DNA of 64,000 nucleotides from a virus: IMG/VR virus record IMGVR_UViG_3300027708_000060, positions 7,938 through 71,937 of that record. One strand, 5' to 3'. Shown here piece by piece: positions 46,471-55,508 of the stretch. The first letter of the stretch is position 1; each line of letters opens with the position of its first letter. Below the pieces are notes generated by a model. The model made no database searches. It saw only the letters and a program-made list of their open reading frames with translations, and was not told where the DNA came from. The position numbers and the translations under genes were made by a program.

Positions 46471-48767
46471 TAAAGAGCACTTCCAATCCTCTTAAGTACA
46501 TCACTTTCAGCAAGTTTTTTACCAATTAATTTAACCATACGATCTGTTTCTTGAACGCTTCCTTGAGCAATATTAACTTTCATTTGTAGATTAATAACTA
46601 CATTTTTACCACTAGACATACCTTTAGCAGTTCCAATATTCATACCTTCAATAGGACCACCTAAATCTTCATTAAATCCTGCGCTAGTTAATGATGTTCC
46701 TAAACTTGGACTTGATAAACTTTTTATATTTACTGAGTGATTGCTTACAATTTTTTTAGCTTTTGTATTTTTTGCAATAGCCATAGATTGACCAGAAACA
46801 CCCTTAGGTACTATAACTGAATTAGAACTAGCACTAATAGGGGTTGCAGGTGCCCCACTTAAATAAGGAGCAGGGTTTATCTTTACTCCTTTTTCGTTAA
46901 GAATTTCAAAGTGAAGATGGGGACCAGTAGAGTTACCCGCTCCAGCGGCACCAGATTTACCTCCGGATTTACCAAGAGCTTGTCCAGGAGTTACTTTTTG
47001 TCCCCTAGAAACACTAACTTGAGACATGTGGGCATATCTAGATTTAGTACCATCATCATGTTGTACCTCAATCCAGTTACCATAACCCATAGCGTCATTG
47101 CCAAGATAACTAATGTGTCCATCGGTAACAGCGGTTAGTGTACTTCCTACGGCTGTACCAAAGTCAATACCTTTATGGTCAATAGATCCTTTACCTCCAG
47201 GAGATTCACGTTTTCCAAATTCAGAAGTAATGTGAGTTCCCTTTGGAACAGGGCTATAAAAAGATAGCGGAGCAGAACTTCCAGAAGCTCCAGTACCTAA
47301 GTTACCGTGATCACTAGGGCCACCTTTACCACCAGCAGAAAGAATTTTAGCTACAAGTGCTTGAGTAGCAACTTCATCTGCAGTTCCTAGAGTACCTACA
47401 GTCCCTGCTTCAGCTAAAGCAGCTTGTGTTTCTAAAAGCCCAATCTCTCCTATCTTAATAAGATTTTTTGGTTTTGATATAAATCTTCCAGCACCCTTTA
47501 AGAAACCACCCATCTTACCTAATAATGATTTTCCACCTGCAGCGGCACCAGCACCGCCCAAAATTTTACTCATCATCTTGTAGCCCATATAGTCTTTTGC
47601 AAGACCCATAGCACCACCGGCTAAACCAGAAACAGTTCCTCCCATGCCACCAGCATTAGGGAATGTTTGAAGAATACCCTTAAGAGTCATAAGACCCTGA
47701 TTAACCGGACCAAGCAATCCTGCCATAGTGCTGTATGCATCATTAAGTGATGCAGCAGTACGAAGAGATGCATCATAACCACCGACTAAACCTTGTTCAG
47801 TTGCGGCAAGTTTTTTATTTTCACTAGAGTTAAATCTAAAGTTAGCACGAATAGGGCTGCTTTGATCTACGCCCATAGCATTAAGAATTGAGTTTGGGTC
47901 TTTCATTTGAGATGAAGTAAGCGAAGAGCCATTAGATGCACGAGCTAAAATACCTGCTTGAATAGTCTGCATTAATGCTTGGTCGCCACCAGTAATTTGT
48001 TGAATGGTTGCATAACCCTTACTTCCAGGGTTTAATACCATTGCTGCTTGTTCTTTTGTAATCTTTTGTCCACGATACAAAAAGCTATATACGTCATTAA
48101 TAATTTGGTTTGGCGGTTTTAAGTTACCTTGACGATCACGGATTTGAATGCCAGCACGTAAGAAACTCATGCCATTCATACCGGCCATACTTGCAGCAGC
48201 CTGTTCGTTGCTCATGCCAGTCATAGCACTTAGGCCAGCAAGTTGACCCATAATATTTTTAGAGCTTAGTGAATTAGCGGTATAACCACCTTGATACATT
48301 AAGTTCATTGCGGCCATGGTTGGACCCATAGCACTTGTTGCTCCGCCGCCTACTTGATTGTTAGCTTGAAGAATTGCAGTACGGGAGGACATGCCACTAA
48401 GTCCGGCATATGTATCCGCACCCATACGTTGCGTAACAGCAGCCATAGTATTAGGTGCCATGGAGCTATAGACAGCCGCCCCAGCAGTTGCTACGCCAAT
48501 ACCTATACCTACTTTTTCAGCACGGGTAAACTCACCAAGGCCTAGGCGTCCAGCGCCAGGCCTTCCTGCACTCATTTTTCCTGTAGCGGCTTCGGTGTCT
48601 TTAATGGCTTTAGACCACTCATCAACCATTTGGTCTACAAGTTTTTTAGCCTCTTTAAAGTATTTAATAAAGTTTTTAGGAAGACCATCAAAGTCAACAT
48701 CATCCCCCATGGCAGAAAAAGGCGTAGACTCAGCATCCGATGGTGGGAACATACTTTGAGTTGCCAT
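46470..48767 (-). CDS. tape measure protein with C-terminal M23 peptidase
   Basis: Ala/Gly/Met-rich helical region; HKGID, GYGN, YAHM and STGPHLHFE motifs. Confidence 0.85.
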   Translation of the reverse strand: MATQSMFPPSDAESTPFSAMGDDVDFDGLPKNFIKYFKEAKKLVDQMVDEWSKAIKDTEAATGKMSAGRPGAGRLGLGEFTRAEKVGIGIGVATAGAAVYSSMAPNTMAAVTQRMGADTYAGLSGMSSRTAILQANNQVGGGATSAMGPTMAAMNLMYQGGYTANSLSSKNIMGQLAGLSAMTGMSNEQAAASMAGMNGMSFLRAGIQIRDRQGNLKPPNQIINDVYSFLYRGQKITKEQAAMVLNPGSKGYATIQQITGGDQALMQTIQAGILARASNGSSLTSSQMKDPNSILNAMGVDQSSPIRANFRFNSSENKKLAATEQGLVGGYDASLRTAASLNDAYSTMAGLLGPVNQGLMTLKGILQTFPNAGGMGGTVSGLAGGAMGLAKDYMGYKMMSKILGGAGAAAGGKSLLGKMGGFLKGAGRFISKPKNLIKIGEIGLLETQAALAEAGTVGTLGTADEVATQALVAKILSAGGKGGPSDHGNLGTGASGSSAPLSFYSPVPKGTHITSEFGKRESPGGKGSIDHKGIDFGTAVGSTLTAVTDGHISYLGNDAMGYGNWIEVQHDDGTKSRYAHMSQVSVSRGQKVTPGQALGKSGGKSGAAGAGNSTGPHLHFEILNEKGVKINPAPYLSGAPATPISASSNSVIVPKGVSGQSMAIAKNTKAKKIVSNHSVNIKSLSSPSLGTSLTSAGFNEDLGGPIEGMNIGTAKGMSSGKNVVINLQMKVNIAQGSVQETDRMVKLIGKKLAESDVLKRIGSAL

Positions 48768-48772
48768 TTACA

Positions 48773-48925
48773 TCACCGCCTTATTCTAGCCGTAGCTCTA
48801 TCTAACCAATTTATACGTTCCCTCATACTAAGGTTACGTACCTCATTTAATGTCCACCCAGGATAACTTTGGATCAATAGATCCTGCATATCCATAAGCA
48901 GTTCGTAGTCAATCTCGTTAGCGAA
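48773..48925 (-). CDS. tail assembly chaperone second frame, possibly reached by +1 frameshift
   Basis: +1 frame FANEIDYELLMDMQDLLIQSYPGWTLNEVRNLSMRERINWLDRATARIRR fills the gap before the tape measure gene. Confidence 0.6.
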   Translation of the reverse strand, partial: FANEIDYELLMDMQDLLIQSYPGWTLNEVRNLSMRERINWLDRATARIRR

Positions 48926-49739
48926 ACAACTCCGCTAAAGTTAGCGGAAGCGGTACCTCCGTGCCGCAAGACTGACATGGAATTTTTATTTCACTGAGTT
49001 GTGGGCCTGGGTTGCGGTTTGTAATCTCTTGCAAAATGTCTCTACGATCTTTTAAACTTAGTTTTCGAACATCGTCTAAACTAAGTACTGGAATATCGTT
49101 AATGGACTCAATGCAATTCTTCAAAAGAATTGTATCTAATTCTGCTGAAGTTTTATTGGTAGACGTAACAATAGCTTTTTGCGTACTTCCAGTAGGAAGA
49201 GTTACTACTACATCTCCAACCTTACATTTAACGGTAAAAATATGGTCCCCATCAAGTTTTTTAAGGGGCACATCTTTAACCAAATCTATTTCAAATACCT
49301 GCTCTACGCCACAGCTTGGGCATTCTCCTGGTCCAAGTTTAACCTCAGTACCAAAAGTAGCATTTCTAATAGCTAAAAGTAAAAGCTCACGATCTCCGGC
49401 ATAGAGAGCATCTAACGTCTCTTTATCTGCGGGTTCATCGCCAATCTTTACTGTAGCTCTTTCTAGGATTGTTAGTAGGGCTTTACCTGGATCATTAATC
49501 TTAGAGATTAATTCCTCATCTATCCCATTTAATTCTCTAATCTCTGCTGTAGAAATTAAGCCCAAAAATGGATCTACTAAACCTCCCAATAGTTCAACCG
49601 TCGTATCAGGTGGCGGCAGTGTAGAAACCTTTTGGGTACTAGCTGCCACCACCGGATCCGGTGAAGTCATTGCCTTAGCTGCAATTTCATTTGCTAAAGC
49701 TGGATTGCTTGTCGCATTTATAGTCGTATCATTTGCCAT
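48918..49739 (-). CDS. tail assembly chaperone / T4 gp26-like hub assembly protein
   Basis: RELNG.DEE, GDR..LLL.IR..TFG, CPSC, L...DR, CQSC; lies between tube and tape measure genes. Confidence 0.75.
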   Translation of the reverse strand: MANDTTINATSNPALANEIAAKAMTSPDPVVAASTQKVSTLPPPDTTVELLGGLVDPFLGLISTAEIRELNGIDEELISKINDPGKALLTILERATVKIGDEPADKETLDALYAGDRELLLLAIRNATFGTEVKLGPGECPSCGVEQVFEIDLVKDVPLKKLDGDHIFTVKCKVGDVVVTLPTGSTQKAIVTSTNKTSAELDTILLKNCIESINDIPVLSLDDVRKLSLKDRRDILQEITNRNPGPQLSEIKIPCQSCGTEVPLPLTLAELFR

Positions 49740-49759
49740 GTTATTTACCTTTGTTTAAT

Positions 49760-50383
49760 TTATCGTCCTAGGAAAGTCTTTCCATCGGCTGAACCTGTTG
49801 ATGTGTAATCCTTTGCGTATTGTACATCAAAACCTTCATGAACTAGAACCATGTCTTCTACCATAAGGGTATTAGCACCTGCGTCTAGATTACTGTAGGA
49901 AAGTGATGAGATCCAAGCATTATAAACACGGAAGCGAAGAGAGGTGTGTTGATCTTCAGGAAGTGCTGCTTGAGCTCCCGCACCTGTATCTGCTTGTGGA
50001 TTAGGATGACTTAAAACTTGGATATCAAGGTCGCAACGAAATCCTTGTCCTACGCCTGTTGTAAGGCTAGGGGTTAGGACTGAGAATAGACGCTTCATCC
50101 ATTTTGGATTTGAATCTTGTCCCAACAATACTCCTTTAGAAAGAGTAATTGGAGTAAACGCAGATTGACCCGGGATCTGGTGAACGTTAGTATTGTATCC
50201 ACCTTCACGGTAAGCAATTGGTTCAGTCGTTACAGATAGGCCAGATAGAGATACAAACCCCATCTTCATTGGCTTATCGCCTTTGCCCCATTCTGTTGTT
50301 GGATTAAAAGTTACTAGGAACTTAAAATTACGGACTGGGTCCGTCATTAAGGTACTAAGTAGATTTTCTGTTGGTGATGCCAT
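49760..50383 (-). CDS. tail tube protein (T4 gp19-like)
   Basis: DP.RNFKF.V, GF...SGL, YREGG, PG......ITL.KG, NAW, LDA, E...L.HEG. Confidence 0.9.
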   Translation of the reverse strand: MASPTENLLSTLMTDPVRNFKFLVTFNPTTEWGKGDKPMKMGFVSLSGLSVTTEPIAYREGGYNTNVHQIPGQSAFTPITLSKGVLLGQDSNPKWMKRLFSVLTPSLTTGVGQGFRCDLDIQVLSHPNPQADTGAGAQAALPEDQHTSLRFRVYNAWISSLSYSNLDAGANTLMVEDMVLVHEGFDVQYAKDYTSTGSADGKTFLGR

Positions 50384-50398
50384 TTTTATTTATCTCCT

Positions 50399-52408
50399 TT
50401 ACGCTGAAGCGTTTCCGGTTAGTTGTCCAAGTTTAATGACAACGAACTCTGCTGGGTATTCAAGAGAAACTCCAACTTCAATATTAACTTTACCTTGCTG
50501 CATATCACTGAAGCTGGTTGTAGTTGCATCGCACTTTACGTAATATGCTTGAGTTGGGTTTGTTCCACGTAGGCCACCTGATTGCCAATAAGCAAGCAAG
50601 AAGCTATTTAAATTAGTGCGAATTTGAGCCCATAGACGTGAGTCATTGTTCTCAAACAAAGCAAATGATGTTAGATCATTCATAGACTTTTCAATGTAAA
50701 TCAAAGAACGTCGAATGTTGATATAACGATTATTTGGAGTATTATCTAGAGTGCGACCACCCATGATAACGATACCTGCGCCAGGAACCTGACGAATGGC
50801 GTTAATAGGGTCAACACTTGTATTAATGGCGTCTAGCTCAGCGTTAGTAAACAAGTGTTCAGTAGATACGGCAAGAGCCATAACATTTTGAAGACCTGCT
50901 GGAGTTTTAGATGGACCACGAGAAGCATCAGTTGCAATGTATTGACCAACAACACCAGCACCAGGAGCTTGTAGACGAGTTACGCCAATGCTCTTAGTTG
51001 TATCTGGGATGTTATACCAAGGATAGTAAGCTGCAGCAATATTTCCTGAAGTAGCTCCAGAAAAAATTGCGTATGTTGCAGTTACTTGAGTTTGTGCAGC
51101 TGTTGCTGACAGTCCAGAAGGAGTATCAAATACTGCAAAACAGTCAGTACGACTAGAAGCATAAACCACAGCATCGCCGTGAAGTTGTGCGGTTAGAGTA
51201 CCTGTTGCAGCATATGGAGCATCTGGTGCGTAAATAACCAATGGGTTAACTATTGAATCAAATGTTGTCCAAGCAGAAGCATAATCTGCACGTGCAACAG
51301 TTGTACCATCACTGCCCCCAGAAAGCGCAACAGGTGTTGCGTTAACTGCTGGAGACTTTGTATTATCTAAACTATTAGAGATATTAATTACTGAAGTAGT
51401 ATTAGAGTTAACAACAGATAAAACAAAATTTCTATCTGTCGAGGACATACTTAAATCGGTGTAAGACTCAAGCAAAGTTGTGGTTGAGTTTCCATTAACA
51501 GTAGTTGTCTGGTAAACCTCAAGACCAAAACGAGAAGCAGATCCTGCGGTTACAATCTTAACTGAATAAGCACCAGACCAAGCTCCTGCGCTAGCAGCGT
51601 TAATAGTAAATACTGTATTAGAAGCTGTTGTTACAGTAACAGTAGCTGTGGCAGAGGCACCAGTAACTGCAGTACCTGTAGCGGTACTTGTAACAGTAAA
51701 CTGTGAGCTTGAGCGAGTAGCAATAGTTGCGCTACTTAAGTTAAATGCTGTTGTTGAAAGACCAGTAATAGTTACTGTCTGTCCAACGGCAAATGTGTTA
51801 GTAGCTGTGTATGTAACGGTATTACTTAGAGCCGTAGCTGTAGCTGTAGCACCAGTTACTGCGGTTCCTGTAGCAGCATTTGTTACTGTAAATTGTGAAC
51901 CAGTAGCTGTAGCAATTGTTACAGAAGTTAAGTTAAAAGCAGCTGTAGATAAACCAGTAATAGATACTGTTTGACCAGCTACAAACGTATTAGTTGCTGT
52001 ATAGGTAACTGTACCGGATGCAGCTGATGCTGCGGTAACTGTAGCTGTAGTAGATTGACTAGAGGCTGCAGTAACTGTAGCAGTAGTGGTAGTAGTGGTT
52101 CCGGTACCATCGTTAATAGCGACAGTTCCTATTCCAGAACCTGATCCAATAACACGCTTTACATATAGGTTGCGGCCGTTATTAGCAAAAAAGTTATAAG
52201 CAGCCCAAGTAGTTGGGTATAAGTCATTTAATCCACCAAAAGTCTTAACAAAATCTGGCCAAGTACTTACTTGTACAGGTGCTGATGTAGGACCTTGTGG
52301 AAGAATTCCAACAAATGCTCCGACAGCGTTTGCAGTATTTGCAGCCTGCACAGCTTGTGGAAGAGACACTTCTTGGATATAGACTCCGGGACGGGCAAGA
52401 TTTGCCAT
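50399..52408 (-). CDS. contractile tail sheath protein
   Basis: RPGVYIQE, YYPW, D..RG..K.PAG, INAIR, G.RTL, RYINIRR, FE.N, PAEFVVI. Confidence 0.93.
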   Translation of the reverse strand: MANLARPGVYIQEVSLPQAVQAANTANAVGAFVGILPQGPTSAPVQVSTWPDFVKTFGGLNDLYPTTWAAYNFFANNGRNLYVKRVIGSGSGIGTVAINDGTGTTTTTTATVTAASSQSTTATVTAASAASGTVTYTATNTFVAGQTVSITGLSTAAFNLTSVTIATATGSQFTVTNAATGTAVTGATATATALSNTVTYTATNTFAVGQTVTITGLSTTAFNLSSATIATRSSSQFTVTSTATGTAVTGASATATVTVTTASNTVFTINAASAGAWSGAYSVKIVTAGSASRFGLEVYQTTTVNGNSTTTLLESYTDLSMSSTDRNFVLSVVNSNTTSVINISNSLDNTKSPAVNATPVALSGGSDGTTVARADYASAWTTFDSIVNPLVIYAPDAPYAATGTLTAQLHGDAVVYASSRTDCFAVFDTPSGLSATAAQTQVTATYAIFSGATSGNIAAAYYPWYNIPDTTKSIGVTRLQAPGAGVVGQYIATDASRGPSKTPAGLQNVMALAVSTEHLFTNAELDAINTSVDPINAIRQVPGAGIVIMGGRTLDNTPNNRYINIRRSLIYIEKSMNDLTSFALFENNDSRLWAQIRTNLNSFLLAYWQSGGLRGTNPTQAYYVKCDATTTSFSDMQQGKVNIEVGVSLEYPAEFVVIKLGQLTGNASA

Positions 52409-52441
52409 TCGGGGTTTCTCCTTTAGGGTTAGGTTGTTTTC

Positions 52442-53062
52442 TTAGTGAGACGGGGTTGTTTGCCAAATAGTTGCGTTAAGGGTAGTTTGATACCCTAGTG
52501 ATGTATTGACATCGGTTACAGTATAAACTGCGCTGAGTTGATCAGGGAACAGTTCTGCACTGATTCGAATATTATAGACATTACTGAATAGGCGTTTGCC
52601 ACCTTCAGTAGTATCTCTTTTTGAGAAGCCCAACATATCTAGACGACGCATAGTGCTATCTTCTGGGATGGTGAGTTGCCCAAATCTAAGTGGTAGTCTG
52701 CCAGGTGCAAATAACTTAGCCATAATCTGACGATCATGACGAGGTTGACGAGACCATGTGGAGACTTGGTAGATAAGGTCTACCGGGATAGGAAAGTTAA
52801 CTGGTTGACTTTCAGTAGTGTAATTTGGAGTCATACCTTCAGGAGTATAGGTAAGGTCTACACTTCCGCGATGAGCGCGTTCGATATCTTCACGAACACC
52901 TACTAAATCTAAAGTTATATACGGGTAGCTCTGTTGACGGATATCTTTATCTGGTTGGCCATAGTAAACAGCAACTGGGCGGGTGGCATTTCCACTATCA
53001 GATACTGTGATACCTGAGAGTAGAGTTTTTAATGCAGCATCCTCATTAATAATAAATGGCAT
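52442..53062 (-). CDS. putative tail terminator / neck protein
   Basis: YPYIT and P..L.YQV....R motifs; directly upstream of the sheath. Confidence 0.6.
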   Translation of the reverse strand: MPFIINEDAALKTLLSGITVSDSGNATRPVAVYYGQPDKDIRQQSYPYITLDLVGVREDIERAHRGSVDLTYTPEGMTPNYTTESQPVNFPIPVDLIYQVSTWSRQPRHDRQIMAKLFAPGRLPLRFGQLTIPEDSTMRRLDMLGFSKRDTTEGGKRLFSNVYNIRISAELFPDQLSAVYTVTDVNTSLGYQTTLNATIWQTTPSH

Positions 53063-53331
53063 TATTTAACCCCTAAAACAAATGTGCGTAAAGCCGGAGC
53101 AGGAGGAACATGTTGAGTTCCATACTCTAATGTAAGTACGGCTTCTTCAATTTTTTGTGGGTAAGAAATAGAATGGCCAGTACCATTGTGAGAAATTTTA
53201 ATATGATCTGTAATTTCTGCAGGCCAGCCATATGAAGTTGCATGGCTACGAAGCTTTGCAGTATAGTGAGGGATTACTTGTTTTTCCGCTTTGACTATAG
53301 CACTATTGAAGAGTTTTTTAATATTAGCCAC
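53062..53331 (-). CDS. putative neck/tail completion protein
   Basis: LEYGT...PP.P..R.F motif; GTG start at 53331. Confidence 0.55.
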   Translation of the reverse strand: MANIKKLFNSAIVKAEKQVIPHYTAKLRSHATSYGWPAEITDHIKISHNGTGHSISYPQKIEEAVLTLEYGTQHVPPAPALRTFVLGVK

Positions 53332-53485
53332 GGTTACGGAGCCACTTCGATAGCAAAAACCCCGCAGCAAAACCAACAACGATTTTCTTACCACCGTTTT
53401 GGTTAAGGCTGGCTAAGCCACGAACAAACTCCTGTTTATCGGCATCAGTCTCTTCACGAGCAAGCCGATTAGCTAAATTAATCAT
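53324..53485 (-). CDS. 53-aa microprotein with hydrophobic C-terminus (not in the ORF track)
   Basis: GGAGG RBS; MINLANRLAREETDADKQEFVRGLASLNQNGGKKIVVGFAAGFLLSKWLRNRG. Confidence 0.6.
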   Translation of the reverse strand: MINLANRLAREETDADKQEFVRGLASLNQNGGKKIVVGFAAGFLLSKWLRNRG

Positions 53486-53489
53486 AATT

Positions 53490-53556
53490 CCTCCATAGGA
53501 AGGCGCAGGGTGTTACAAGCAGGGTTCCAGATTGCTCTGGCGTCGTTCCCTATAAT
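53490..53556 (-). promoter_or_regulatory. TATTAT -10 element and structured 5' leader of the tail operon
   Basis: CCAGA-GCAA-TCTGG GNRA hairpin, two ACCCTGC copies, TAGGGA/TTCCTA closing stem next to the RBS. Confidence 0.5.
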
Positions 53557-53559
53557 AAA

Positions 53560-53586
53560 CGAAAAAGCCCCCACTTGGGGGGCTAA
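53560..53586 (-). terminator. intrinsic terminator
   Basis: minus strand AGCCCCC-caagt-GGGGGCT followed by TTTTCGTTT. Confidence 0.85.
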
Positions 53587-53590
53587 GTCG

Positions 53591-53767
53591 TTACTTCTTT
53601 TTAGCTTTTTTTGCTTTACAATCTTTGCACTTACCGCAAGTACAGGCTTTCTTTTTGCCTTTAACTTTATCGGCTAGCTTGGCATCATTCTTTTCGTCCT
53701 GCTTTTCAAACTTCTTCTTTTGAGCCGGGGTCATGCCTTTTTCAAACTTCTTATCATTGTGAGCCAT
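53591..53767 (-). CDS. 58-aa Lys-rich microprotein with CxCxxCxxC (not in the ORF track)
   Basis: MAHNDKKFEKG...KKKACTCGKCKDCKAKKAKKK; TAATG coupling. Confidence 0.65.
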   Translation of the reverse strand: MAHNDKKFEKGMTPAQKKKFEKQDEKNDAKLADKVKGKKKACTCGKCKDCKAKKAKKK

Positions 53768-53910
53768 TACATGCCTTTCTTTCTTACTGCGCTAGTCTTC
53801 TTAGCCTTACTTTTTGAGTTAGACTTTTTAGCAAACTTTTTATTAGCAGCAGATAGGGTCTTCATGCCATGCTTATCTTTTGGCTTACCACAGCCACAGG
53901 TAGCACACAT
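53767..53910 (-). CDS. 47-aa Lys-rich microprotein starting MCATCGCG (not in the ORF track)
   Basis: MCATCGCGKPKDKHGMKTLSAANKKFAKKSNSKSKAKKTSAVRKKGM; TAATG coupling on both sides. Confidence 0.65.
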   Translation of the reverse strand: MCATCGCGKPKDKHGMKTLSAANKKFAKKSNSKSKAKKTSAVRKKGM

Positions 53911-54104
53911 TACTTCTTACCCCTACCCTTGATGTTATTAGTCTCACGGCCCTTGATGTTATCAGTCTTACGGCTTGGGTATGATCCTGAAGAGTCTTTT
54001 TTACTAACGCGCTCTTTGCCAGAATCAATGTGCATCTTCTTAGCGTTGTCTACAACTTTTCCAGTGCCTTTGCAGCTTTCGCAGGCTTTTGTTGGGGTTG
54101 CCAT
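53910..54104 (-). CDS. small basic protein with CxxCxGxG
   Basis: CESCKGTG; TAATG coupling. Confidence 0.6.
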   Translation of the reverse strand: MATPTKACESCKGTGKVVDNAKKMHIDSGKERVSKKDSSGSYPSRKTDNIKGRETNNIKGRGKK

Positions 54105-54310
54105 TATTTCTTACCTTTCGTATGGGGGTTTTTCTTATGCCATTCTTTAGTTGCCTTGACGCCTTCTTTAACTGTCTTAGCTCCAGCTTTCTTGGTGAGG
54201 TTAATCTTATCCCACTTAGGGTCATTTTTCCCCGCATGGTCAACTATAACGTCGCCCTTTTTATTCTTCTTTACTACGTGGACTTTGCCACTAACCTTTA
54301 GTTTTGCCAT
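54104..54310 (-). CDS. small Lys-rich protein
   Basis: 68 aa, strongly basic; TAATG coupling. Confidence 0.6.
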   Translation of the reverse strand: MAKLKVSGKVHVVKKNKKGDVIVDHAGKNDPKWDKINLTKKAGAKTVKEGVKATKEWHKKNPHTKGKK

Positions 54311-54318
54311 TTTTACCC

Positions 54319-54900
54319 CTATAGTGAAGTCTGATCAAAGGCAGAATAACCAGCATAGCGCTGGAACTGCGCGTCATTTACTAGTTCTTCCGGATTTACC
54401 TGTTCACAGGATATCTGTAACAAGGTGTATTTGTTCTTAATTATACCGTGTGGTGATACCTGTGTCGGAGAGAATACTTCATTTCTGAATACGATTCTAT
54501 CACGCAGGTATGCGTCTGGGTTTATCTCTATAGTTGAAAGCTCACGACGATTGGCCGCATTTCCACCATAAAAGTTTAGATGGTTTTCAATAACATCAAC
54601 GTTAATTGTAACGGTTAAGATATCTGTGTTATAGAAACCACGGTCGTTCTGTACCGTAGCACCCTGCTCTAAATGGGCATTAACTACAGGTATAGTAAAT
54701 GGGCTAAGCCACTTACGACCTCCACCAACTACTGATGAACCCACATCATAGATTGGATCTACCGCAGTATTTACTGGATCAAAAATCCACCAGTCTACAA
54801 ATGTACCGACAGTCTGTACTAATTCAGTAATAGTACCGGAGACAAAAGACCCACGTTCATACTGGATGTTGAAGCGTCCCTCTTTTTGGTCTCCACGCAT
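54319..54900 (-). CDS. putative head-closure / head-tail connector protein
   Basis: DPIYDVG, RGFY..D and DRIVFR.EVF motifs; position in the neck region. Confidence 0.5.
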   Translation of the reverse strand: MRGDQKEGRFNIQYERGSFVSGTITELVQTVGTFVDWWIFDPVNTAVDPIYDVGSSVVGGGRKWLSPFTIPVVNAHLEQGATVQNDRGFYNTDILTVTINVDVIENHLNFYGGNAANRRELSTIEINPDAYLRDRIVFRNEVFSPTQVSPHGIIKNKYTLLQISCEQVNPEELVNDAQFQRYAGYSAFDQTSL

Positions 54901-54902
54901 CT

Positions 54903-55151
54903 TTACTCCGTATCTTCGGTGTATTCGCCCCATTTACCAATGGGACATGTTGCTAAATCTAACTTAGTTTTTGCTGCCATAAAGCATCCACACTTTAAAC
55001 ACTGCTTCGTCATTTTTTGCAAAAAAGGACAAGATAAACATATGGTATACCTAGCGTCAGCTTTTTCTTTAGGAATTGTTTGACTTTTAAGTCTCAATAA
55101 ATCTAAAGGAGTAACTCCGTTTTTAGCTTTATATTCTTCCCAAGGATTCAT
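54903..55151 (-). CDS. Cys-rich small protein (DUF6171-like)
   Basis: R..IC..C........C..CGCFM..KT.L....CP.GKW. Confidence 0.7.
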   Translation of the reverse strand: MNPWEEYKAKNGVTPLDLLRLKSQTIPKEKADARYTICLSCPFLQKMTKQCLKCGCFMAAKTKLDLATCPIGKWGEYTEDTE

Positions 55152-55172
55152 TTTTTGCCTCCCCTACAAAAC

Positions 55173-55436
55173 TTAGTTACCGGCAGCCTTAGCACGTGCA
55201 GCAAGAACATCTTCATAACGAGTGAATTTACCTGTGCTTGGGTTATATGTATCACCCTGCATAATTCTATCAGTATTAAAACCTAGATCCACAAAAATTG
55301 GGTTGCTTTTAAAAGCTGCAAGAGTAGACTCTTCAACAGCCATAACCTGTAGAACTTCGGTACCAACAATAAGTGCTACCTTAGGCAGGTCATCACGGTA
55401 CGGATCTATTTGCTTATTATTTGACTCAGTAGCCAT
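55173..55436 (-). CDS. hypothetical protein, fibre-chaperone-like
   Basis: A.I...EV..V.......A.F.SNP..V...G..Y....F; paralog of 57065-57400. Confidence 0.6.
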   Translation of the reverse strand: MATESNNKQIDPYRDDLPKVALIVGTEVLQVMAVEESTLAAFKSNPIFVDLGFNTDRIMQGDTYNPSTGKFTRYEDVLAARAKAAGN

Positions 55437-55508
55437 TAAAATCTCCTAAAATTAATTTACCAATTTCCTATAGTATACAGGAAACTTATATAAGTAAGAC
55501 CTATAGTA

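Noticed and set aside
53720-54440. Hydrophobic Phe/Leu-rich plus-strand ORFs that look like membrane proteins
   Set aside because: Antisense consequence of Lys codons in the coupled minus-strand microprotein chain
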